From: Chryseosolibacter histidini
Lineage (GTDB): Bacteria > Bacteroidota > Bacteroidia > Cytophagales > Cyclobacteriaceae
Direction of reading: 5' to 3'
Assembly: GCF_018598225.1 (NCBI RefSeq)
Contig: NZ_JAHESF010000007.1
Span: 68,554-132,553, forward strand
DNA length: 64,000 nt
Shown: in pieces, positions 8,827 to 18,367 of the stretch
Layout of the letters: each line of letters starts with the position of its first letter
Numbering within the stretch: position 1 is the stretch's first letter
Position numbers and translations under genes: made by a program
The notes under the pieces: model-generated
Told to the model about the DNA's origin: nothing
Seen by the model: the letters and a program-made list of their open reading frames with translations, nothing else
The model's database searches: none

Positions 8827-10998
8827 ATGCATTCAACTGATAACACCTTGTTTAAACCAGGCCGCCGCGATTTCATCAGGAAGTCGGGCCTTGCAACGCT
8901 CGGGCTGGTGATTGGAATCGATTCAACAGCCCGGGCATTCAACATCACCCGGCTCACCGAATCCGTTACACCTTTCGAAGTCAGCCCCTTCATCCTCATC
9001 GACGTTCACAACAACATCACCATCGTTAATCCACGCAATGACATGGGCCAGGGAACCATTCACTCCGTGCCTGCCATGATCGCGGAAGAACTGGAAGTGA
9101 CGCTGGACCAGGTCACCATCATACAAAGCGATGGAAAAGCCAAATATGGGCCACAAACCTCCGGCGGTAGCAGCTCGATCCGCACGTTATGGTTACCCTT
9201 GCGGAAAGCAGGGGCAGCCACCAAAGAAATGCTGATCAACGCCGCCGCGCGCAGGTGGGATGTGCCAGCTCAAGCGTGTTATGCCTCGGGCGGAAAAGTT
9301 TTTAAAAAAGATAGTGACGTCAGCCTCACCTATGGACAACTGGCAGAAGAAGCTTCACGGCTTGAAGTGCCCCGTGAGCCCGCACTGAAGCAGCGGACTG
9401 ATTTCAGGATCATCGGCAAAGACCTCAAAAGGAAAGAGATCCCTGCCCGCGTAACCGGCAAGGCTGTTTATGGTATCGATGTTGAAGTGCCGGGTATGGT
9501 TTACGCCGCCATCCTTCACAGCCCGATGATCTTTGGCAAGGTTGTTACCATCGATGACAGCGACACGTTGAAAATTCCCGGCGTGTTACGGGTGATCCGC
9601 AGTGAGCGCAAGATGATCCACTGTGACACCGACTCGGTAGCGGTGATCGCTTCCAACTGGTGGGCGGCCAGCAAAGGCAAAAATGCGCTCAAGGTTCAGT
9701 GGGATCATGCGGGGCTGGCAGAGAAACTGCACACCGATACATATTTCGAACAGTGCCATGCACAAGTGAAGACGGAAGGCATCAACCATCATGAGACGGG
9801 TGACTTCAAACGAAAGTTTGACTCGGCAACATCGAGGCTGGACGTCACGTATGAGACGCCGTTCCTGGCGCATGTTCCGCTCGAGCCTGAAAACACAACA
9901 GCACACGTACGGCAGGATGGCTCGGTTGAGATCTGGGCGCCGATCCAGGGTCCCGGAGAAACACTGCCTGACGTTGCCCGTTACCTGAACATCGCACCTG
10001 AAAAGATCAAGATCCATCCGGTGCTCATGGGCGGATCTTACGGAAGAAAAGCTTATATCGATTTTGTAAAAGAAGCGTGTTTTCTTTCCAGCAAACTGAA
10101 CGTGCCTGTAAAAGTGCTCTGGACTCGCGAAGATGATATCACCCAGGGGCCTTACCGCCCTGGCATGTTAAGCCACATGCAGGGATTTATCGAAGATGGC
10201 AAGATCACAGGATTTCATCATCACATCATCGGTGAATCCATTCTCCGGCAGGTTTTCAAAGGATTGGCCGACAACGAAGCAGACCCCTGGATGGGTGAGG
10301 CATTGGGCGAAGGCAATAATAAATACCGCTTCAAAGCCGACAAGGTGAGCTGGACAAATGTAAAAACCGAGATCCCCATTATGTGGTGGCGGGCGGTAAA
10401 TGCTTCAAACCTTGGCTGGGGACAGGAATGTTTCATGGATGAGCTCGCGCACCTGGCAGGAAAAGACCCGCTGACGGCACGACTCGAGCTGCTCGAAGAT
10501 GAGCGGTACATCAAAGTGCTGAAGACCCTCGCAGAAAAATCGGATTACTACACGCCATCGCGGCAAGGTACCGGAAAGGGAATTGCCATCTTCAGGTCGT
10601 TCGGAACCATCTGCGCGTGCTGCATCACGGTTTCCGTACGTGACAAAGCGATCACCATCGACAAGGCTGTGTCTGTGGTAGACTGCGGCATATATGTGAG
10701 CGGCGACACCGTAAAAGCGCAAACAGAAGGCAACATTGTGATGGGATTATCCGCAGCCATCAAAGGCGGTATTGTTTTCAAGAATGGTATTTGCCAACAG
10801 TCCAACTATCACAACTATCACATTATGCGCATGCCTGAAATGCCGGCGGTCAGCGTTTATGTTATGGAAAACGATGAAGCGCCCGGCGGTGTTGGCGAAC
10901 CGGGTTTGCCGCCTGTTGCACCCGCGCTCGGCAATGCCATTTTTGCCGCAACGGGAATCCGGATCAGAAAACTTCCCCTTGATCTCACCATGCCATAA
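8827..10998 (+). CDS. Molybdopterin-binding large subunit of xanthine-dehydrogenase-family oxidoreductase (IorB/aldehyde oxidase type), Tat-secreted
   Basis: Twin-arginine signal RRDFIRKSGLATLGL after the start at 8827. Long aldehyde-oxidase/xanthine-DH a/b hammerhead and Moco-binding domains. Placed immediately after the 2Fe-2S subunit. Confidence 0.85.
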   Translation: MHSTDNTLFKPGRRDFIRKSGLATLGLVIGIDSTARAFNITRLTESVTPFEVSPFILIDVHNNITIVNPRNDMGQGTIHSVPAMIAEELEVTLDQVTIIQSDGKAKYGPQTSGGSSSIRTLWLPLRKAGAATKEMLINAAARRWDVPAQACYASGGKVFKKDSDVSLTYGQLAEEASRLEVPREPALKQRTDFRIIGKDLKRKEIPARVTGKAVYGIDVEVPGMVYAAILHSPMIFGKVVTIDDSDTLKIPGVLRVIRSERKMIHCDTDSVAVIASNWWAASKGKNALKVQWDHAGLAEKLHTDTYFEQCHAQVKTEGINHHETGDFKRKFDSATSRLDVTYETPFLAHVPLEPENTTAHVRQDGSVEIWAPIQGPGETLPDVARYLNIAPEKIKIHPVLMGGSYGRKAYIDFVKEACFLSSKLNVPVKVLWTREDDITQGPYRPGMLSHMQGFIEDGKITGFHHHIIGESILRQVFKGLADNEADPWMGEALGEGNNKYRFKADKVSWTNVKTEIPIMWWRAVNASNLGWGQECFMDELAHLAGKDPLTARLELLEDERYIKVLKTLAEKSDYYTPSRQGTGKGIAIFRSFGTICACCITVSVRDKAITIDKAVSVVDCGIYVSGDTVKAQTEGNIVMGLSAAIKGGIVFKNGICQQSNYHNYHIMRMPEMPAVSVYVMENDEAPGGVGEPGLPPVAPALGNAIFAATGIRIRKLPLDLTMP

Positions 10999-11223
10999 GC
11001 AGAGAATTTAAAAAAGTTCCGCCAATAGCAGAAATCAGATCCACTTTCTGCAATCATTCTCATCAACCAATGCGTTAATGACCGATAGCCCTAGTCGACA
11101 AATAAAATTTTTGTTGATAACTTATTCTCTTGATTTCTATACATTTATAATAATCCGAAATATGCAACGGGTTCAATCAACTTTTTTAGGTGTATTATTG
11201 ATGTATAATTTTTCGAACCAGGG

Positions 11224-11562
11224 ATGCAGAACGTCAATACGGCACAAAATGAAACGAATCTCTCCATCGAGAAGATCATCGACCTGATCAGAAATTTCAG
11301 AAATGACCTTGTAAAGGATCTCTTAAAGGCAGATTCGTTTGAAAAATACTTTACGGAGAATTTAAACAAGGAGCTCAGCCCCGTGAAAAAACAATTTATT
11401 CGCAAAGAGCTGAAGGAGCTGCTCATACTTCCCGTAGACCTGGTGCACTATGCCAAGCTGATCACCCACTTGCGCGCCATCAACTCAGCCTCGATCACGG
11501 ACGAGAACAAAAAGTTCTTTTATGACGAGGTAGAGACGATCTTTAAAAAATACGATTTTTAA
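11224..11562 (+). CDS. Hypothetical protein in AT-rich region
   Basis: 112 aa ORF, lysine-rich, no recognisable motif. Surrounding DNA is markedly AT-rich. Confidence 0.35.
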   Translation: MQNVNTAQNETNLSIEKIIDLIRNFRNDLVKDLLKADSFEKYFTENLNKELSPVKKQFIRKELKELLILPVDLVHYAKLITHLRAINSASITDENKKFFYDEVETIFKKYDF

Positions 11563-11716
11563 ACTACCTCCGAAGGGATAGTTGCCAGTTACCGGTTGCC
11601 GGATAGCCGGTTTAGGGACCGACGCGCTATTACTAGCTATGTATCGCCTTTGAACCGGAGCTAAGGGATTCAGCGCTGCCAACTGTAACCGGCAAGTAGC
11701 AAACTTTCTTTGTATC

Positions 11717-13210
11717 TTGGATGCACTATGTCACGCCATGCTCATCCGAAAGAACACCAAAGCATATAAAACGATCGTTGCGATCGTCACCGATTGCCAG
11801 AACAGGGCTGACAGGGAAAGGCTCATCCGGCTGTACATCACCAAGGCAGGCCACTCGATCAATGACCGGATCAGTGTTGAAGGGATCCAGGGCGAAGCGG
11901 GCCTTTTTTATGAGATGAACTACCAGGCGGTTTTGAACAATCTCAAATCGTCTAACCACCAGCTGCACCAAAGCGACGAAATTGCCGGCCTCTACTTTTT
12001 TCACAGCACCCCGAACAAAGCCTGGGATGAAACACCTTTCGAGTTTGACGAAGCCGTGAGAGATGAATTTGCCTCGCTGCCCGAGCTTCCGCTGGTGAGA
12101 AAAAAAGAGAAAGCACAAAAGTTCGTGTTGCCGGCCCCGAAAATAAAATCAGAGTCGAAAGCCGAACCGAAGACTGCCAAAAAAGAAGCGACAAAAAAGA
12201 CGGACAAGGCTCCGGTCGTTCAGCGCGAAGACTCGAAACAACCAAATTACAAGCTCAGGCATAATATCCATTTTACAGGCCTCGACAAAATTGTTTTCAG
12301 GCAGCCACACCTCACGCGGAAAGATGTGCTGGATTACTACAACAAAATAGCGGAGCACTTGTTGCCTTATCTGAAAGATCGTCCGCAGTTGATCCGCCTT
12401 CAGGGCGATAGTGCGGGAAATCCCGGATATGCTGATGCGGAGGGACTGGCGCAGGATGGCAAGCTCGAGTTGCCGGACTGGCTCCAGACCGCCACCGTCA
12501 CCGAAGGCAGAACACTAAAACACCCGCTGCTCTGCAACGACAAGGAGCATTTGTTATTTTATGCCGGAATTGGTTGCGTTGGGTTCAACCCACACCATGC
12601 GCGGGCAAAGTCACCGGACTCGCCTGACTACCTTGTGATCGTGATCGATTCACCGGAAGCTTCCTTCAGCAAGGCCATCGATGTGGCGCTCACAGCCAGG
12701 GAGATCTTAACAGGTCTTCAGTTGCCGTCGCTGGTAAAGACCGATGGCATGTCAGGGCTGCACCTTTACGTTCCCCTCGATGCCAAAAGTGATTTTGAAG
12801 CGGCCAGGAATGCCGGCGAATATATCTGCAGGCTCATCCGCCTGAAGATCCCCGACCTCGTGACGGTCTCCGGTTTTGACGCGTATAGTTATGGCAAAGT
12901 GTCTTTAGACTACCAGGTGAACGAAGCAGGAAAAAGTGTGATCGCTCCGTATTCGCTCGTACCTGGCACAGCGGCAACCGTTGCAACGCCATTGCTATGG
13001 GAAGAAGTGAAGGAAGGCCTGCGGGCGGAGGATCACAACCATACAACAATTTTCCAGCGCCTGAAGGAAGAAGGCGATCCGTTTGCTGCGCTTTCCAAGA
13101 AAAAGGTGAATGCTGCCGACCTCTTCGAAAGACTGGAAGGGAACTACGGGTTTCTGCTCACACCTCATCCTGACCTTCTCCTGGGAGGAGAAGGGAGAAT
13201 GCAGAAGTAG
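11717..13210 (+). CDS. Stand-alone NHEJ LigD polymerase (primase-polymerase) domain protein with ~190 aa N-terminal extension
   Basis: C-terminal 300 aa match the LigD Pol domain: HFTGLDKIVFRQPHLTRKDVLDYYNKIAEHLLPYLKDRPQLIRL ... VIVIDSPEASFSKAIDVALTAREILTGLQLPSLVKTDGMSGLHLYVPL. No ligase or nuclease domain is present in the ORF. Confidence 0.7.
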   Translation: MDALCHAMLIRKNTKAYKTIVAIVTDCQNRADRERLIRLYITKAGHSINDRISVEGIQGEAGLFYEMNYQAVLNNLKSSNHQLHQSDEIAGLYFFHSTPNKAWDETPFEFDEAVRDEFASLPELPLVRKKEKAQKFVLPAPKIKSESKAEPKTAKKEATKKTDKAPVVQREDSKQPNYKLRHNIHFTGLDKIVFRQPHLTRKDVLDYYNKIAEHLLPYLKDRPQLIRLQGDSAGNPGYADAEGLAQDGKLELPDWLQTATVTEGRTLKHPLLCNDKEHLLFYAGIGCVGFNPHHARAKSPDSPDYLVIVIDSPEASFSKAIDVALTAREILTGLQLPSLVKTDGMSGLHLYVPLDAKSDFEAARNAGEYICRLIRLKIPDLVTVSGFDAYSYGKVSLDYQVNEAGKSVIAPYSLVPGTAATVATPLLWEEVKEGLRAEDHNHTTIFQRLKEEGDPFAALSKKKVNAADLFERLEGNYGFLLTPHPDLLLGGEGRMQK

Positions 13211-13463
13211 GGAAATGATTCTGCGTAACGAATATTCCACACGTGTCGCTTTGCGCCACTAACTTGCTTTCCTAGCATCTTGTCGACAAATATTTGATTG
13301 CGTGCAGACGCCCGGCTGAAGCATTGACCTTATACGGTGAGCGGGTATCATTTTTTAAAGCTGGATAATGCCTTGTTTCAAACGCCGGATACAGAGCACC
13401 GTGTTGCTGCGTGGCGGCTTTAGTAAGGCTGGTTGAGGATCGAAGCGCGAAAGAAAAACAAGC

Positions 13464-14711
13464 ATGGGGATGTTGGCTGAACACCGGATCTTTGTCGACA
13501 GAAGGGATGCCGGCTTTGAAGTAGGAAAACTGCTTGAAGATCGATACAAAGGAAAGAATGCTTTGGTGGTCGGTATTCCGAGAGGCGGCGTTGTGATCGC
13601 TTACGAGATCGCCAACCTGCTGGAGGGAGAGCTCTCGGCCATCATCACAAAAAAGCTTCCGCATCCACAGCAAAAGGAATTTGCCATCGGATCTGTAGCA
13701 GAAGACGGTTCCGTTTATCTGACGTCTGCAGCAAGAGAGGTAAGCAGCGAAACCATCAGGGCAACCGTGAGGGCACAGGAAAAAGAGATCCAGAGCCGCA
13801 TTCAACGATTCAGGAAAGGAAAACCGTTGCCCAACCTGGAGGGCAGAATTGTGATCATTGCAGACGACGGGATCGCCACAGGCTCAACCATTGTTCCGGC
13901 CATCACTTTGTGCAAACGCCGCAAGGCTGCCAGGGTGATCATTGCAGCGCCCGTGTCGGGCAAAAGATTCGTATCCGAGATCCATGACCTGGCCGATGAG
14001 ATCGTCATCGTTGAACAACCCGCAGACTTTTATGCGGTGGGGCAGGTATACAATGACTTCCATCATTTGTCAGATGAAGAAGTAGTTGCCTTTATCAATG
14101 ATTTCGAACGAAGGCGAAACGACAAAATAAAAAGTGAGACGATTCACAATAGAAACTTACAATCAAACAAAAATCAGATTATGGCAATTCAAGCAAATGA
14201 AGCAGTGGCAAAAGACTCCAAACTGAAAGAGTTCTTTGTCGATCAGCTCCAGGATATTCTCTGGGCTGAAAAAAAGCTGGTGAAAACATTACCGAAACTT
14301 CAGGAAGCCGCTACCACAACGGAGCTGAGAGATGCGTTCTCTAAACACCTGGAGCAGACCCGTACACATGTTGACAGGCTGTATGAAGTATTCAACATGA
14401 TCGGAGAAGACGCCGACACACAAAAATGTCCTGCCATGGCGGGCATTGTAGATGAAGGTGAAGAGATCATCGACGAAACCGAAGAGGGCACTTCCCAACG
14501 TGATGTGGGATTGATCTTTGCGGCACAGAAAGCAGAGCACTACGAGATCGCCACCTACGGCGGCCTTGTAACGCTTGCGCACACCATTGGCTACGACGAT
14601 GCCGCACAAGTGCTCAGCCAGACACTGGCCGAAGAAAAAGAGACCGATGTGCTGCTCACCCAGATAGCCGAACGAAATGTGAACTACCAGGCAAGCCTGG
14701 AGCCGAAGTAA
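13464..14711 (+). CDS. Fusion: phosphoribosyltransferase-like domain plus YciE/DUF892 ferritin-like domain
   Basis: N-terminal PRTase fold (ALVVGIPRGGVVIAYEIANLL ... IVIIADDGIATGSTI). C-terminal ferritin-like DUF892 (FFVDQLQDILWAEKKLVKTLPKL...EHYEIATYGGLVTLA). Confidence 0.7.
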   Translation: MGMLAEHRIFVDRRDAGFEVGKLLEDRYKGKNALVVGIPRGGVVIAYEIANLLEGELSAIITKKLPHPQQKEFAIGSVAEDGSVYLTSAAREVSSETIRATVRAQEKEIQSRIQRFRKGKPLPNLEGRIVIIADDGIATGSTIVPAITLCKRRKAARVIIAAPVSGKRFVSEIHDLADEIVIVEQPADFYAVGQVYNDFHHLSDEEVVAFINDFERRRNDKIKSETIHNRNLQSNKNQIMAIQANEAVAKDSKLKEFFVDQLQDILWAEKKLVKTLPKLQEAATTTELRDAFSKHLEQTRTHVDRLYEVFNMIGEDADTQKCPAMAGIVDEGEEIIDETEEGTSQRDVGLIFAAQKAEHYEIATYGGLVTLAHTIGYDDAAQVLSQTLAEEKETDVLLTQIAERNVNYQASLEPK

Positions 14712-14878
14712 CATCTGTTCCGGAATTTAATACCCATCGCTTGGTAATCAAAAGGCGGTTCGGTATATTCGTTCAGGAGCCCATCCGTGGTCTGTGAACA
14801 ACAGTGCGGATGGGCTTTTGCTTTACAGGCGGTTTTCCCGGCCGCCGACTGAATTTTCTATACCCTAAACCCTGCCCT

Positions 14879-16504
14879 ATGTTTGTTGACTTTCACTGTC
14901 ATCCTGTGCTCCATTCGTACAACTCGGATAGCGACATCTGGAAATCAGACCCACCTACCACGCGTGAGCGCTCTGCCATGATCAACACGGCCAACCTGCG
15001 CACACCATTCTCTGCCAAGTTCTCGCAGATCGACTTTTCCTCGGCCTGCTCGGGTTCGGTAAGGCTGATCTTCCTCTCGCTCTACCCCATCGAACAGGGC
15101 TTTCTTACCGGTATCCTGACTACCGACGTGCTCAACCCTCATCGTGGAAAGCTCCGGCAATTTCTGAACGTTCCCTTCCGCTCATTCCTGAAACATGTGC
15201 TGCGAAGTGTCACGTTCGGCGAATATGAAAAAGTGACCGCCAAGGTCATGCTCAACATGAAAGGCGCACGTTACGAAGCGATGTCGAGCCCCGATCACGA
15301 ATACATGGACGACCTCCGCGGCGAATACCAGTATTTTATGAATGCCCCGAAGAGCAAAAAGATCGGTGGCATAGAGTATAAGATCGTGATCTTCGGATCA
15401 TTCCGCGAGATGAAGGTACGGCTGCAGCTGAACGAAAGGTTCGAGCCTCAAACACAAGAAAATATCATCGGTGTGCTCTTCAGCGTGGAAGGTGCGCATG
15501 CCTTCGGTTCCGGCCAGCTTAATACCATCCCTGCCGATCACCAGGCCGAGCTTGAACAGCTCAACAACCTGGCCCATCCGAACACAAAGGCGATACTCGA
15601 CAAGATGCTTGACAACATCCGTGAAACGAAGGCATTGGGCAATGGAAATCACAGTCCTTTCTTTGTCACTTTCTCGCACCACTTCTGGAACCAGCTCTGC
15701 GGCCACGCCATGAGTTTGGCAGGTATCATGCACGTTGTGTTCAACCAGGAGCGCGGCATGAGCTCAGGCATGACGGAGCTCGGAAAAAAAGTGCTGGAGG
15801 CATTGCTTTCACGCGAGAACGGTCGCCGCATCCTCATCGACGTAAAACACATGAGCATGGAAGGCCGGCTCTGGTATTACAACTACCTGGAAGAAAATCA
15901 CTGGAAGAAAGGCGACATGGTTCCCATCCTGGCGAGCCACATGGGTGTTACCGGCGAGGCGACAAAAGAAAACGAAAGCACCGACCACTTTCTCATGGAC
16001 GATGTCTATAACGATTCTGGATGGTTCAACCCATGGGATATCAATCTCTCCAACGAGGAGATCCTCACTATCCACAGATCGAGAGGGCTGATCGGTCTCA
16101 ACATGGATCAGCGTATCCTCAGTGGCTCGAAGATCATCGACTCCATGACCCGCGTCTCGAAAGGCATCGATGATATCGGCACCTCGGTGCTCTATAAATC
16201 GATCTGGGCAGAGCCGATCCTCGCCAACATCCTGCACATCGTAAAAACGGTGATGCGCTCAGATGTGGAAGATAAAAACTATGTCTGGCAGATGATCGTG
16301 ATCGGCTCCGATATGGATGGCATGATCAACGCCCTGGATGCCTACTGCCATGCGGGCGATTATAGAGTGATGCGGGAGATCCTGTTGCAGAAAATGATCC
16401 TGCGCACGCAGGTTGACCCGCTGCTTTATTCGGTGAACCTGTCAGAGGTGCTTGACGGGATCTTTTACAAGAATGCGTTGCTTTTCCTAAGTCGAAATTT
16501 CTAA
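14879..16504 (+). CDS. Divergent membrane-dipeptidase (peptidase M19)-like TIM-barrel metallohydrolase (upstream in-frame alternative start at 14804)
   Basis: N-terminal FVDFHCHP metal-binding HxH. LFSVEGAHAF resembles M19 xGVEGGH. C-terminal VIGSDMDGM resembles M19 GIGSDFDG. Overall length 541 aa. Confidence 0.4.
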   Translation: MFVDFHCHPVLHSYNSDSDIWKSDPPTTRERSAMINTANLRTPFSAKFSQIDFSSACSGSVRLIFLSLYPIEQGFLTGILTTDVLNPHRGKLRQFLNVPFRSFLKHVLRSVTFGEYEKVTAKVMLNMKGARYEAMSSPDHEYMDDLRGEYQYFMNAPKSKKIGGIEYKIVIFGSFREMKVRLQLNERFEPQTQENIIGVLFSVEGAHAFGSGQLNTIPADHQAELEQLNNLAHPNTKAILDKMLDNIRETKALGNGNHSPFFVTFSHHFWNQLCGHAMSLAGIMHVVFNQERGMSSGMTELGKKVLEALLSRENGRRILIDVKHMSMEGRLWYYNYLEENHWKKGDMVPILASHMGVTGEATKENESTDHFLMDDVYNDSGWFNPWDINLSNEEILTIHRSRGLIGLNMDQRILSGSKIIDSMTRVSKGIDDIGTSVLYKSIWAEPILANILHIVKTVMRSDVEDKNYVWQMIVIGSDMDGMINALDAYCHAGDYRVMREILLQKMILRTQVDPLLYSVNLSEVLDGIFYKNALLFLSRNF

Positions 16505-16514
16505 ACTCCATCAT

Positions 16515-17390
16515 ATGCTTTTCATTTACCAGATCTCCGGACTCGTCATTGTGTTCTTCGCCTTCTGGGCAATCCGCAAGGCGCTTGCCCCGAACAACTC
16601 GTTCAAAGAATTTTTCAAAGGTGAAGACGGCAAATACAGCCTGTCGCGTTTGCAGGCCACGGCCTGGGCTTACGTGATCATTGCCTACCAGGTCTCTACC
16701 TTCATCGCGGTAGCCGCCATCAATCGCATTCATGAATTTTCGCTGGTGTTCTCGGAAGAGGCCATCTGGCTGCTCGGACTTAGTCTTGGTAGCTACGTGA
16801 CCGTAAAAGGTATCACCATCACACAACAAACACAGACACCACCTCCCGCCGTGGTCAATGCGCTGAAACGCGACACCCAGGCATCGCTCAGGGATTTTGT
16901 ATGCAGTGATGAAGGACTTGACCTGAGCCGGTTCCAGATGCTGATCTGGACGCTGTTTGCCATCATCACTTTTACCGTGAGCTATTTCAATTATATCGAC
17001 AAGATCGTCGAGGCGGCTGCTTCTCCATCCATCGCAAATTTCTTTCCCCCCTTCTCAGACCAGGACGACAAAACTGGCAACACGATCCTGCCGACAGTGG
17101 ACATGAGCTTCATTATACTCATGGGCCTCAGCCACGGTGCTTATATTGGCCGCAAGCTGGTGCCCTCGTACAAAGTTGAAAGCTTTACGCGTGAGTACAT
17201 CGCCGATATGAAGCTGCGTAAGGATACCATGCAAACGGGCCTCAAGTTCAAAGAGATCGAGCTTCAGCTGATCAAAGATTCGCCGCAGGTATCTACGGAT
17301 AAGAAAATTGAAATGGAAAATGAAGTGCTCCGCATCCGAAGCCAGATGGACAAGCTTCAGCAGGAGATCGTGGCGTATGAAGTTGGTTAG
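16515..17390 (+). CDS. Hypothetical membrane protein with C-terminal coiled coil
   Basis: Several hydrophobic helices. C-terminus is rich in heptad-like charged residues (KLRKDTMQTGLKFKEIELQLIKD...MDKLQQEIVAYEVG). It starts 10 bp after the previous CDS. Confidence 0.5.
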   Translation: MLFIYQISGLVIVFFAFWAIRKALAPNNSFKEFFKGEDGKYSLSRLQATAWAYVIIAYQVSTFIAVAAINRIHEFSLVFSEEAIWLLGLSLGSYVTVKGITITQQTQTPPPAVVNALKRDTQASLRDFVCSDEGLDLSRFQMLIWTLFAIITFTVSYFNYIDKIVEAAASPSIANFFPPFSDQDDKTGNTILPTVDMSFIILMGLSHGAYIGRKLVPSYKVESFTREYIADMKLRKDTMQTGLKFKEIELQLIKDSPQVSTDKKIEMENEVLRIRSQMDKLQQEIVAYEVG

Positions 17391-17392
17391 AA

Positions 17393-17457
17393 GTTTCAGG
17401 TTTCAAGTTTCAGGTTTCAAGTTTGAAGTTTAAAGTTTGAAGTTTGAAGTTTAAGGT
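17393..17457. repeat. About 9-10 tandem copies of heptamer GTTTCAR/GTTTGAA/GTTTAAA directly after a stop codon
   Basis: Direct reading: gtttcag gtttcaa gtttcag gtttcaa gtttgaa gtttaaa gtttgaa gtttgaa gtttaag. Confidence 0.85.
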
Positions 17458-17633
17458 TGTTTCACGGCTTCGATACAGTCCATAGCCGATGGTCCATGGT
17501 CCATGCTGGGAGCGTTGGTTTCTTCTTTTGTGCTACGAAGCAATATACGGGACGCTTTAACTACCCCTAACTATGGACTATGGACTATGGTCTATGGACC
17601 ATGGACCACGGACTTCTACTTGCTTGTGAAACA
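17458..17633. repeat. Long imperfect inverted repeat built from heptamer repeats (GTCCATR / YATGGAC), potentially forming a ~170-nt hairpin
   Basis: Left arm tgtttcac...ggtccatggtccat (17491-17504). Right arm atggaccatggacc (17594-17607)...gtgaaaca. A 14-bp perfect inverted repeat plus flanking GTTTCAC/GTGAAAC complementarity. Right arm carries 6 tandem ATGGACY heptamers. Confidence 0.75.
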
Positions 17634-17818
17634 TAAACACATCCTGCGTTCCACGATAAAAATTTTTCAGCACTGCTAACCCGCCGTGTGCCTTTACGTT
17701 TATATCAGTAGATGAGATCAAAATGAAAAATGACAACTAACTAAAAGTTTCACTGACCTCGTTTCCTCTTTCGCGCCGTTCTGCGTTCTCTCATTTTCTT
17801 CCTTTTTCTTCTGATAAA

Positions 17819-18364
17819 ATGACTGTGCTGACCCGATCAGTACACGATGGAAAAAGTATGTACAATAACGACTATAAAATGAATGACCACGAACTACATT
17901 ACTGGAACACCATCCAGGAGTTTGAGCTCGATGATGATGAAGCGATGCTCATGTTCAGCGACAGGCTGGCAAAAGAAAACGGATGGTCCAAGATCTTTGC
18001 GATCAGGGCCATCGAGGAATACAAAAAATTCATGTTCCTCATATGCATCAGTCAGCAACCACTGACGCCTTCAGAAGAAGTAGACCAGGTATGGCACTTG
18101 CACCTGCTCTACACACGATCGTACTGGAAGGAATTCTGCACTGAGGTGTTGAAACGTGAAGTGCATCACGGTCCTACCAGGGGCGGCCCGGAGGAAAGCG
18201 ACAAGTTCAACGACTGGTATGCACAAACCCTCCTCCTCTACAAGCAGAAATTCCAACACGACCCACCGCCTGACCTCTGGCCGCCTCCTCATCTCCGATT
18301 CCGCTACACCAACTTCTGCCGCATAGACCTCCGCCGATACTGGATTGTTAAAAAACCAATATAA
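17819..18364 (+). CDS. Hypothetical protein, DUF1399/GRDP-like (tentative)
   Basis: 181 aa with motif VDQVWHLHLLYTRSYWKEFC. It resembles the conserved W-H-x-H-L core I associate with DUF1399. No other recognisable domain. Confidence 0.4.
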   Translation: MTVLTRSVHDGKSMYNNDYKMNDHELHYWNTIQEFELDDDEAMLMFSDRLAKENGWSKIFAIRAIEEYKKFMFLICISQQPLTPSEEVDQVWHLHLLYTRSYWKEFCTEVLKREVHHGPTRGGPEESDKFNDWYAQTLLLYKQKFQHDPPPDLWPPPHLRFRYTNFCRIDLRRYWIVKKPI

Positions 18365-18367
18365 AAT

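Noticed and set aside
11570-11716. Possible riboswitch or structured leader before the LigD-Pol gene (ccggttgccggatagccggttt ... aaccggcaag)
   Set aside because: Complementarity is partial. No known riboswitch consensus recognised by eye. Mentioned only within the AT-rich-region finding.
13272-13805. 177-aa minus-strand ORF
   Set aside because: Overlaps the well-supported PRTase-DUF892 CDS on the other strand. No motif.
17393-17640. CRISPR array
   Set aside because: Repeat units are only 7 bp with no spacer-repeat architecture and no cas genes anywhere in the window.
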